Of a stretch of DNA of 36,318 bases, positions 15,393-23,437 are shown piece by piece. Below the pieces are notes generated by a model, which saw only the letters and a program-made list of their open reading frames with translations, was not told where the DNA came from and did not search any database. This DNA is from Acidobacteriaceae bacterium. GTDB taxonomy: Bacteria > Acidobacteriota > Terriglobia > Terriglobales > Acidobacteriaceae. The stretch lies in the NCBI GenBank assembly GCA_003151875.1, contig PLYW01000302.1, positions 1 through 36,318 on the forward strand, in the 5' to 3' direction. Within the stretch, counting starts at the first letter, position 1. Each line of letters starts with the position of its first letter. The translations under genes were made by a program, and so were the position numbers.

Positions 15393-17912
15393 ATGGCACG
15401 CACCACCATCCTGGACTACCTCGATAACTTCCGCCGCCACGCTCGCGAGGTGGCCTACGCTCAACATCGCGGTTATCGCATGCAGCGATGGACGTACGGC
15501 GATGTGCTGAGCAACGCCTATCGCTTTGCGCGCGAGCTGGAGCAGCGCGGCATCGGCAAGGGCGACAAGGTCATTCTTTGGGGCGAGAACTGCGCGGAGT
15601 GGGTGGTCGCCTTTTTCGGATGCTTGCTGCGCGGCGCCATCGCGGTGCCCATTGACAAGATCGCGGCCCCGGATTTCGCCCAGCGTGTCGCCCAACAGGT
15701 GGATGCCAGGCTCTGTGTTGGCTCAATGCAGAACCACATCCCGGGCATCGCAGAGATCAACCTGGAAACCCTGCGCGAGCAACTCGCGGCGCTCTCCGAT
15801 CAGCCCGTGGCTCCCCCGCCGCTCACGCGCGACGATGTTGTGCAGATTGTCTTCACCTCCGGCACGACTGCCGAGCCGCGTGGTGTAGTCATTACTCATG
15901 GCAACATCCTGGCCAACTTGGAGCCGCTGGAGCGCGAGATCGGCGAATACCTCCGCTACGAGCGCATTTTTCATCCGCTGCGATTCTTGAATCTGCTGCC
16001 CCTCAGCCACGTCTTTGGGCAATTCCTCGGGATCTTCCTGCCGCAATTGCTGGCGGCCACCGTGATCTTCCAAGACACGCTGAACCCGACGGAAGTTCTG
16101 CATGCCATCAAGAAAGAACGCGTATCGGTGGTAGTCGCGGTACCGCGCCTGATGGAGTCGCTAAAAGACAAACTGCTGCGCGATTTCGACGCGGCGGGCC
16201 GGCAGGAGTGGTTCCAACGACAATTCGAAGCCGCAAACAACCAGCACTTCGTGCAACGCTGGTGGCGCTTCCGGAAAATTCACAACCAATTCGGATGGAA
16301 GTTTTGGGCCTTCATCTCGGGAGGCGCAGCGCTCGACGGCGAGACCGAAGAATTCTGGCGCCGTCTGAGCTTCGTGGTCATTCAGGGCTACGGCCTCACC
16401 GAGACAACGTCGCTGATCTCTCTAAATCATCCCTTTCGCACCGGCAAACGCTCGATTGGCAAAGTACTCGAGGGCCGCGAGATCAAGCTCGATGAGAACG
16501 GCGAAATCCTGGTGCGCGGTGCCAATGTCGCCGCCGGTTATTGGCAGGGAAAGGAACTGAAGCCGGTGTTGAATGAGGAAGGTTGGTTTCGCACTGGCGA
16601 CCTTGGCGAACTCGACGCGGAGGGCAATCTCTATTTCAAGGGCCGCAAGAAAAATGTCATCGTGACGCGCGAAGGGATGAACATTTATCCCGAGGACCTC
16701 GAAAATGCGCTGCGCCAGCCCGCGATACTCGACTGCGTCGTCGTCGGCCTGGAGCAGGGAGTCAACGCCGAGCCTTGCGCCGTTCTCATTCTGCGAGACT
16801 CGACCGATCCAGAGGCAGTCGTCAGGCGTGCCAACCAGCAGCTCGCGGAGTATCAGCAGATGCGCCGCTGGTTCGTGTGGCCCGAGCAGGACTTCCCGCG
16901 CACTCCCACGCTGAAGCCCAGGATCGCCGCCATCCAGCAGGCGGTGCAGCAACACTTCGCCTCGGGCAATGTCGGAGCCAGCGCGCCGAGGGGAGCTCTG
17001 GTGGACCTGATCGCGCGCATCACTGGACGCAGCACCGGCCCGCTCGCCCCCGATGCCAGGCTCGACGAAGATCTGGACCTTAGTTCCATGGACCGCGTCG
17101 AACTGATGAGCGCGCTGGAAGACCGTTACCAGGTCGATCTCAACGAGGCGAACTTCGCCAGCGTCAGCACGGTTGGCGATCTCGAACGTTTGCTGCGCGG
17201 GCCGCAGAAGTCGCCGCAGAGCGGCTATCGGTATCCGCGATGGGCGCAGCGCTGGCCTATCACCTGGATTCGCAACTTCATCTACTATCTGCTTACCTGG
17301 CCGGCGACCATGATCATGGCTCACCCCAAGATCGTTGGCCGCGAGAACCTGCGCGGTATCGACGGGCCGTTCCTCATCAGTTGCAATCACGTTACCTACA
17401 TCGATGTTGGCTTCGCGCTGATCGCGCTTCCGCCCCGGGTGCGGCACAAGCTCGCGGTTGGCATGTGGGGAGAGATGCTGTGGGAGATGTGGCGACCGCC
17501 TCAAACCTGGAATCCCTTCGTGCGTTTGGCGTATCGCGCCGGCTACTATCTGGTGGTTGCCCTGTTCAACGTCTTTCCGCTGCCGCAGCAGTCGGGCGTG
17601 CGCGAGAGTTTCGCCTACGCCGGTGAATCGGTGGACCGCGGCTACAGCGTTCTGGTTTACCCCGAAGGTGTGCGCACGCCGGATGGCAAGCCGTCGCCCT
17701 TCCGCTCGGGTGTCGGAATGCTGGCTTCAAGGCTGAACGTCCCGGTTGTTCCCATGCGCATCGATGGATTGTACCCGATGAAAATGGCCGGGCACAAAAT
17801 CGCGCGCCCCGGAGAGCTGGCGGTCGTGATCGGCAAGCCCATGCGCTTTCCGCCGGAAACCCCCGCGGAGGAAATCACCAAGCAGCTCGAACACATCACG
17901 TCGTCCATGTGA
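15393..17912 (+). CDS. Three-domain fusion: AMP-dependent (acyl) adenylase/ligase + carrier-protein domain + PlsC/LPLAT-type acyltransferase
   Basis: Adenylation motifs are TSGTTAEPRGV, GYGLTETT and TGDLGELDAEGNLYFKGRKKNVI. A carrier-like LDLSSMDRVELMSALE sits at residues ~561-576. Acyltransferase motifs are HX4D (NHVTYID) and YPEGVRTPDG. Confidence 0.85.
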   Translation: MARTTILDYLDNFRRHAREVAYAQHRGYRMQRWTYGDVLSNAYRFARELEQRGIGKGDKVILWGENCAEWVVAFFGCLLRGAIAVPIDKIAAPDFAQRVAQQVDARLCVGSMQNHIPGIAEINLETLREQLAALSDQPVAPPPLTRDDVVQIVFTSGTTAEPRGVVITHGNILANLEPLEREIGEYLRYERIFHPLRFLNLLPLSHVFGQFLGIFLPQLLAATVIFQDTLNPTEVLHAIKKERVSVVVAVPRLMESLKDKLLRDFDAAGRQEWFQRQFEAANNQHFVQRWWRFRKIHNQFGWKFWAFISGGAALDGETEEFWRRLSFVVIQGYGLTETTSLISLNHPFRTGKRSIGKVLEGREIKLDENGEILVRGANVAAGYWQGKELKPVLNEEGWFRTGDLGELDAEGNLYFKGRKKNVIVTREGMNIYPEDLENALRQPAILDCVVVGLEQGVNAEPCAVLILRDSTDPEAVVRRANQQLAEYQQMRRWFVWPEQDFPRTPTLKPRIAAIQQAVQQHFASGNVGASAPRGALVDLIARITGRSTGPLAPDARLDEDLDLSSMDRVELMSALEDRYQVDLNEANFASVSTVGDLERLLRGPQKSPQSGYRYPRWAQRWPITWIRNFIYYLLTWPATMIMAHPKIVGRENLRGIDGPFLISCNHVTYIDVGFALIALPPRVRHKLAVGMWGEMLWEMWRPPQTWNPFVRLAYRAGYYLVVALFNVFPLPQQSGVRESFAYAGESVDRGYSVLVYPEGVRTPDGKPSPFRSGVGMLASRLNVPVVPMRIDGLYPMKMAGHKIARPGELAVVIGKPMRFPPETPAEEITKQLEHITSSM

Positions 17913-18090
17913 GCGGGGCTTGAGAAACTGACCCCCTCTGTGACGCGCCTCCTAGCCCTCGTATGGGCAGAAATGATAACAATACTTGTTTGGCCCTCGG
18001 GTATGATTTCGTCCCTGTTGATTTCGGGGCGCAAGGCGCCCCACCGAAGCCGGGTTTTGCTTGGGTGGGGGATTTTGCGGGGGAGTAGCG

Positions 18091-18633
18091 ATGCGCGAAG
18101 CGGTACTTAAATTGTGGCCTGAGATCGAGTGGATTAAGGCGCCCGAGCTGCGTGAGCAGGTCACCAAGACCTGGCAGCGCGCCCTCGAACTCAGCCCGCT
18201 CACGCCAGACGACCTCAACCGCATCCCGTTCACCTTGCTGGTGCCAAACTGCCCCACGACTTTCATGGAGCACAAGCGCTGCGTGGTGCACATCGCGCGC
18301 ACGGCGGCCGAGAGCATGAAGGAATTTATGGGGCGCGCGCTGCCCATTGATATGGACACGGTGATTGCGGGCGCGATCCTGGCCGATGTCGGCAAGCTGC
18401 TGGAGTACGAAAACGTGGACGGCAAGACCCGCCAGAGCAAGCGCGGCGAGCTGCTGCGCCATCCCTTTACCGGCGTGGCGCTGGCGATGGAATGCGGAGT
18501 GCCCGACGCGGTGTGCCATATTATTGCGGCGCACGCCGCCGAAGGCGATCTGGTAAAGCGCACCACCGAGGCCTACATCGTGCACCACGCCGATTTCATG
18601 GCCTTTCTGCCGTTCAAGAACCTGGCGAAATAG
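18091..18633 (+). CDS. HD-superfamily domain protein (variant metal motif)
   Basis: The spacing is HD-domain-like: H (VVHIA), ADVGK where HDxGK is expected, H (LLRHPF), H (IIAAHAAEGD), D (VHHADF). ATG 18091 is preferred over TTG 18061. The gene ends 23 nt before the PrpD-family gene. Confidence 0.7.
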   Translation: MREAVLKLWPEIEWIKAPELREQVTKTWQRALELSPLTPDDLNRIPFTLLVPNCPTTFMEHKRCVVHIARTAAESMKEFMGRALPIDMDTVIAGAILADVGKLLEYENVDGKTRQSKRGELLRHPFTGVALAMECGVPDAVCHIIAAHAAEGDLVKRTTEAYIVHHADFMAFLPFKNLAK

Positions 18634-18656
18634 AAGAAAACGAGGAGAAGACTCTG

Positions 18657-20093
18657 ATGTCAACCACAACTGCGCCAGCGCCGAGCCAAGCGGCCGCCAA
18701 GCCGACGATCACGGCGATCATGGCGCAATGGGCCGCCGGTCTGAAGTTCGAGCAGCTCTCTCCAGACGCGGTGTATCAGGCCAAGCGCTTCTTGCTCGAC
18801 AGCATTGGCTGCGCGCTTGGCGGCTACCAGCAGCATGACGTCATGATCGCGTTGGGAGTGCTGAACGAAATTGCAGGTCGGAGCGGTGCAACTGTGATCG
18901 GCAGCGGCCAGCAGATGGATGTGGTGTCGGCGTCGCTGGCCAACGCGCTGATGATTCGCTGCATGGACTATAACGACATTTACTGGAAGCAGGACCCGTC
19001 GCATCCGTCGGACATTTTTTCCGCGGCAATGGCGGCCGGTGAGCGTGCCGGCAGCGATGGGCGCGAACTCATCGTCGGTCTGGTGCTGGGCCACGAATTT
19101 GAGATGCGTCTATGCGAAGCGGCCTTCCCCGGCATTCGCGAGCGCGGCTGGCATCATGCCACGTTGACCGCATTCGTCTCGCCGATCGTGGCCGGACGCA
19201 TGCTGTGCCTCAGCGCCGACCAAATTCAGCACGCCATCGGCATCGGCGCCAGCGCGCGCGCCACCCTGGGCGCAGTCACCGCCGGCAAACTGACCATGAT
19301 GAAGAACACCGTCGATCCCATGGCCACGCAGAGCGGCGTGCTGGCCGCCTTGCTGGCGGAAAAGGGATATACCGGCCCCGAGCATGTGATCGATGGTAAA
19401 GAAGGGTTGGTCCATTGCTTCGGGCCGGAGTGGAAGCTGAATATTCTGACCGACGGGCTGGGCGATTCGTGGCGTATCACGCAATGTGGGATGAAGGCGT
19501 TTCCCACCGAAGCCCTGACGCACACGCCAATCTCCGCTGTGCTTGCGCTGGTGAAGGACCACGACCTGAAGCCCAACGACATAGCCAAAGTACACATTCG
19601 CACCACGGCGCGCGGGGCCGACATTCTGAGCGATCCCAGCAAGTACGATCCTCATACCAAGGAGACAGCCGACCACTCGCTCCCATATGTCATTGCTGCT
19701 GCTATCGCCGAACGCCAAGTCACTCCCTTGCAGTTCACTCAGGCGAAGATCATGGACCCGGTGATCCGGGCCCAGCTCAGCAAGATCGCTGTCTCCGCCG
19801 ATCCCGAGATCGAGAAGGTCTTTCCGGCGCTACAGCGCGTGATCGTGATGATCCACACCATCGATGGCCGCGAGTTCACAACCCAGCTTGACTACCCCAA
19901 GGGCGATCCGCGAAATCCGCTGACCGACAAAGAAGTGGAAGAGAAGTTCGAAGCGCTGGCGGAGCCGGTGATGTCGCGCGAAGCCCGTCGTCGCGCCATG
20001 GACGCCATCTGGAACCTGGAGAAGCAGCCGAGCGTGACTGCGCTGATGAAGCTGTTCAAGGCTGACCGGCTACTGGCAGCGGGAGGTCATTGA
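18657..20093 (+). CDS. MmgE/PrpD-family protein (2-methylcitrate dehydratase-like)
   Basis: The 478 aa show the family pattern (AKRFLLDSIGCALGG, RCMDYNDIYW, HPSD, GWHHATL, KAFPTEALTHTPI, ADHSLPYVIAAA). The ATG at 18657 follows a GAGGAGAAG RBS. The ORF-track start at 18492 runs through the HD gene and is rejected. Confidence 0.88.
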   Translation: MSTTTAPAPSQAAAKPTITAIMAQWAAGLKFEQLSPDAVYQAKRFLLDSIGCALGGYQQHDVMIALGVLNEIAGRSGATVIGSGQQMDVVSASLANALMIRCMDYNDIYWKQDPSHPSDIFSAAMAAGERAGSDGRELIVGLVLGHEFEMRLCEAAFPGIRERGWHHATLTAFVSPIVAGRMLCLSADQIQHAIGIGASARATLGAVTAGKLTMMKNTVDPMATQSGVLAALLAEKGYTGPEHVIDGKEGLVHCFGPEWKLNILTDGLGDSWRITQCGMKAFPTEALTHTPISAVLALVKDHDLKPNDIAKVHIRTTARGADILSDPSKYDPHTKETADHSLPYVIAAAIAERQVTPLQFTQAKIMDPVIRAQLSKIAVSADPEIEKVFPALQRVIVMIHTIDGREFTTQLDYPKGDPRNPLTDKEVEEKFEALAEPVMSREARRRAMDAIWNLEKQPSVTALMKLFKADRLLAAGGH

Positions 20094-20094
20094 G

Positions 20095-22059
20095 ATGGGA
20101 CAGACCATCGTCGAAAAGATCGCGCAAGCACACATGTCCGAGGGGCCGAGCCGTCCTCTGCGCGCCGGTGACTTCCTTTCCATCCGGCCTTATCACGTGA
20201 TGACCCACGACAATACCTCGGCGGTCATGAAGAAATTCAAGGCCATCGGCGCGAAGAAGGTGCACGATCCGGCACAGCCGGTCATCACCGCCGATCACGA
20301 TATTCAGAACACGGAGGCGTCGAACCTGGCGAAGTATCGCAGCATGGAGGCGTTTGCGCGCGAGCAGGGCATCGACTTCTATCCGCCGGGCACCGGCATC
20401 GGCCACCAGATCATGGTGGAGAAGGGCTACGTGCTGCCCGGGACATTTGTCGTCGCCTCCGATTCGCACTCCAATATGTATGGCGCACTGGGCGCGATCG
20501 GGACGCCGGTGGTGCGCACCGACGCGGCGGCAATCTGGGCGACGGGTGAGTTCTGGTGGCAGATTCCACGCACCGTGCAGGTTGTGCTCGAAGGCCGGCT
20601 TGCGCCGGGTGCAACCGGCAAAGATGTGATCGTGACGTTGTGCGGACTCTACAACCGTGAAGAAGTGTTGAACGCCGCCGTCGAGTTCACCGGGCCGGGT
20701 GTGGCGTCGCTCAGCATGGATGCGCGACTGACCATCGCCAACATGTCCACCGAGTGGGGAACGTTGGTCGGCTGGTTCCCGGTGGACGAGGTTACGCTGC
20801 TTTACCTCGAAGCGCACAATGAAGAATTGCGGGCGCGGGGGATCACGCGTATTCCCCAAGAGAAATTTGAGGAGTGGCACACGAATCCTCCGGCTCCGGA
20901 CAACGACGCGACGTACGCGGGCCGGATCACGCTGGATCTGGCGGAGGTCACGCCGCATGTTTCGGGTCCGGACACGGTGCAGGTGATGCAGTCGGTCGCC
21001 GAAATCGCGAAAAAGAAAGTCGCCATCCAGAAGGCGTACCTGGTTTCGTGCGTGAACTCGCGGCTGGAAGACCTGGAGGCTGCGGCGAAGGTGCTGCACG
21101 GCAAGAAGGTCGCGGACGGTGTGCAGTTTTATCTTGCGGCGGCCAGTCGCGCGGTACAGGAAGAAGCGGAAAAGCGCGGCGTGTGGCAAACCTTGCTCGA
21201 CGCGGGCGCGCATTCGCTGCCGTCAGGATGTGGGCCGTGCATCGGCCTGGGTACGGGATTGCTCGAAGCGGGCGAGGTTGGTATCTCCGCCACCAATCGC
21301 AATTTCAAGGGGCGGATGGGTTCGCGCGATGCGCAGTGCTATCTTGGCAGTCCCGAAGTCGTCGCCGCTTCCGCCGTCGCCGGCTACATCTGTGGACCTG
21401 CGCAGGCCGAGTATCACGAACTGAAGAAACATTTTGAAGTGCTGGCCACGGGTTCGGCTTCGGCCGAGAAGGTCGAAATCCTGCCCGGGTTTCCGCAGCG
21501 CGTGCGGGGAAGGCTGATCTTCCTGCCGCAGGATAACCTGAATACCGACGGCATTTACGGCAAGGACTACACCTATCGTGAAGACATGACGCCGGAGATG
21601 ATGGCGGGCGTCGTGATGGAAAATTATGATCCGCAGTTTGCTGGGCGCACGCGTGAGGGGGACGTCATAGTCGGAGGCTTCAACTTCGGCACGGGTTCCA
21701 GCCGCGAGCAAGCGGTGACGGCGATGAAATGCAAAGGCATTCCGCTGGTGATTGCGGGTAGTTTCTCGCAGACTTATCTGCGCAACGCGTTCAATAACGG
21801 ATTTCTCTGCATCGAGACGCCGGAGCTGGTGAGCCGGCTGCGCGCAAAGTCTTCCGACGCGGTCGCGCGCAAGGAAAAGACGATTATTCCGGGGGACGAG
21901 GTCGAGGTTGATTTTTCCGCCAGCATCATACGTTACGCAGGCGAGCAGTTCGCCTTCCCGGCGCTGGGCAGCGTGCCGCAGTCGCTGGTGATTGCAGGCG
22001 GAGTGGAGAACCTGGTGAGCCAAAAGCTGGGGCTGAGCACGGTGACGGCGCAGATTTAG
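20095..22059 (+). CDS. Aconitase-family hydro-lyase with fused large and small subunits (LeuC/LeuD- or homoaconitase-like)
   Basis: Large-subunit motifs are ASDSHSN, VSCVNSR and SGCGPCIG, providing the three Fe-S cysteines. A small-subunit part follows (LNTDGIYGKDY, GFNFGTGSSREQA). It starts 1 nt after the PrpD-family stop. Confidence 0.9.
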   Translation: MGQTIVEKIAQAHMSEGPSRPLRAGDFLSIRPYHVMTHDNTSAVMKKFKAIGAKKVHDPAQPVITADHDIQNTEASNLAKYRSMEAFAREQGIDFYPPGTGIGHQIMVEKGYVLPGTFVVASDSHSNMYGALGAIGTPVVRTDAAAIWATGEFWWQIPRTVQVVLEGRLAPGATGKDVIVTLCGLYNREEVLNAAVEFTGPGVASLSMDARLTIANMSTEWGTLVGWFPVDEVTLLYLEAHNEELRARGITRIPQEKFEEWHTNPPAPDNDATYAGRITLDLAEVTPHVSGPDTVQVMQSVAEIAKKKVAIQKAYLVSCVNSRLEDLEAAAKVLHGKKVADGVQFYLAAASRAVQEEAEKRGVWQTLLDAGAHSLPSGCGPCIGLGTGLLEAGEVGISATNRNFKGRMGSRDAQCYLGSPEVVAASAVAGYICGPAQAEYHELKKHFEVLATGSASAEKVEILPGFPQRVRGRLIFLPQDNLNTDGIYGKDYTYREDMTPEMMAGVVMENYDPQFAGRTREGDVIVGGFNFGTGSSREQAVTAMKCKGIPLVIAGSFSQTYLRNAFNNGFLCIETPELVSRLRAKSSDAVARKEKTIIPGDEVEVDFSASIIRYAGEQFAFPALGSVPQSLVIAGGVENLVSQKLGLSTVTAQI

Positions 22060-22113
22060 TGGCTGTCCCACAATGTGGGACATAGAGCGGTTGACGGTTA
22101 ATGTGCGTAATAG

Positions 22114-22167
22114 GGGTCCTTCGACTCCGGCGGCCAAAAACGGGCTGTCTTCGCTCAGGATGACAAA
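22114..22167 (-). repeat. Degenerate unit of the TTGTCATCC interspersed repeat (minus orientation)
   Basis: The minus strand reads tttgtcatcctgagcgaagacagcccgtttttggccgccggagtcgaaggacccc. It shares the TTGTCATCC head and the GAAGGA tail with the other units. It lies in the only sizeable spacer of the metabolic cluster. Confidence 0.35.
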
Positions 22168-22210
22168 TCCATCCGGCGGAATACTCGGTTGTGCAGAGGA
22201 GTTGGCATCC

Positions 22211-23437
22211 ATGGCAAAACATAAAGTCGTGTCCATGCCGGGCGATGGCATTGGCAATCAGGTCCTGCCCGAGGCGATTCGCGTGCTCGACGCCGTCGGT
22301 TTCGAGGCTGAGTACGTACACGCCGATATCGGTTGGGAGTGCTGGACCAAGGAAGGTAATGCTCTTCCCGAGCGCACCATCGAGCTACTGCGCCAGCACA
22401 AGGTCGGTCTGTTCGGCGCCATCACCTCGAAGCCGAAGAAGGAAGCCGAGGCCGAGTTGAGCCCTGCATTACGCGGCAAAGGCCATCAGTATTTCAGCCC
22501 AATTGTTTCCATGCGACAGATCTTCAACCTCGACGTGTGCATGCGACCGTGCCTGTCGTTTCCCGGCAATCCGCTTAACTTCATCCGCAAAAAGCCGTCT
22601 GGCGGGTACGAGGAGCCCAAAGTGGACGTGGTGGTCTTCCGGCAGAACACGGAAGGATTGTATGCGGGAGTGGAGTGGACGAATCCTCCGCAACCAGTAC
22701 GTGACGCATTGCGCACCCACCCGAAGTTCAAGCCCTTCGCCAACGTTGCCGGTGAGGACCTGGCGATTTCGGTACGCATCATTACTCGTCCGGCGGCGCG
22801 ACGGATTTGCGAGACCGCATTCCTTCATGCGCGCAAGCACGACTACAAATCGGTGACCATCTGCGAGAAGCCCAATGTGCTGCGCGAAACTTCGGGCATG
22901 ATGGAAGAAGCTGCCAAGGAAGTACAGAAGCAGTACAGCGACATTGCGCTGTGGTCCACCAACATCGACGCGCAAACCATGTGGCTGACCAAGAACCCGG
23001 AAGAGTATGGCGTGATCGTGGCCAGCAACTTGTTCGGCGATGTCATCAGCGACGCGTTCGCGGGACTGGTTGGCGGGCTTGGGTTTGCGGCTTCCGGCAA
23101 CGTCGGTCAGGAGGTTGCGGTGTTCGAGCCCACGCATGGATCAGCTCCCAAGTATGCCGAGTTAAATCCAGCAATCGTCAACCCGATTGCTATGATTCTT
23201 TCGGCGGCGATGATGCTCGATCATCTCGGCGAGAACGACAAGGCGCGCAGAATTCGCGATGCTATCGCGGCGGTTGTGGCCGAAGGCCAAGTGCGTACCT
23301 ATGACATGATGCGGCTCTCCGGCGGGACGAAATCGCTGGCCCAGGGCGCGGCCTCGACAACGCAGATGACAGACGCCATCCTGGCGAAGCTGGGGGTGAC
23401 AGTGGAGAAGGCTTATGCCGGCAGTGGCAGGAATTAG
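22211..23437 (+). CDS. Isocitrate/isopropylmalate-family beta-decarboxylating dehydrogenase
   Basis: Family motifs are MPGDGIGNQV, VVFRQNTEGLYAG, NLFGDVISD and FEPTHGSAP. The ATG at 22211 follows a GAGGAG RBS. The ORF-track start at 22073 is rejected because it reads through a repeat. Confidence 0.9.
   Translation: MAKHKVVSMPGDGIGNQVLPEAIRVLDAVGFEAEYVHADIGWECWTKEGNALPERTIELLRQHKVGLFGAITSKPKKEAEAELSPALRGKGHQYFSPIVSMRQIFNLDVCMRPCLSFPGNPLNFIRKKPSGGYEEPKVDVVVFRQNTEGLYAGVEWTNPPQPVRDALRTHPKFKPFANVAGEDLAISVRIITRPAARRICETAFLHARKHDYKSVTICEKPNVLRETSGMMEEAAKEVQKQYSDIALWSTNIDAQTMWLTKNPEEYGVIVASNLFGDVISDAFAGLVGGLGFAASGNVGQEVAVFEPTHGSAPKYAELNPAIVNPIAMILSAAMMLDHLGENDKARRIRDAIAAVVAEGQVRTYDMMRLSGGTKSLAQGAASTTQMTDAILAKLGVTVEKAYAGSGRN

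Noticed and set aside
18492-18656. N-terminal extensions proposed by the ORF track for several genes. These are the PrpD-family gene (18492), dehydrogenase (22073), Ada (32301), EtfB (33572), HAD (29113), DUF302 (29282), the secreted protein (26782), the Zn-ribbon protein (26976), DUF3467 (13375) and MoaDE (11457).
   Set aside because: In each case an internal ATG or GTG with a good Shine-Dalgarno coincides with where the family-conserved N-terminus or signal peptide begins. The extension overlaps an upstream gene or a repeat.
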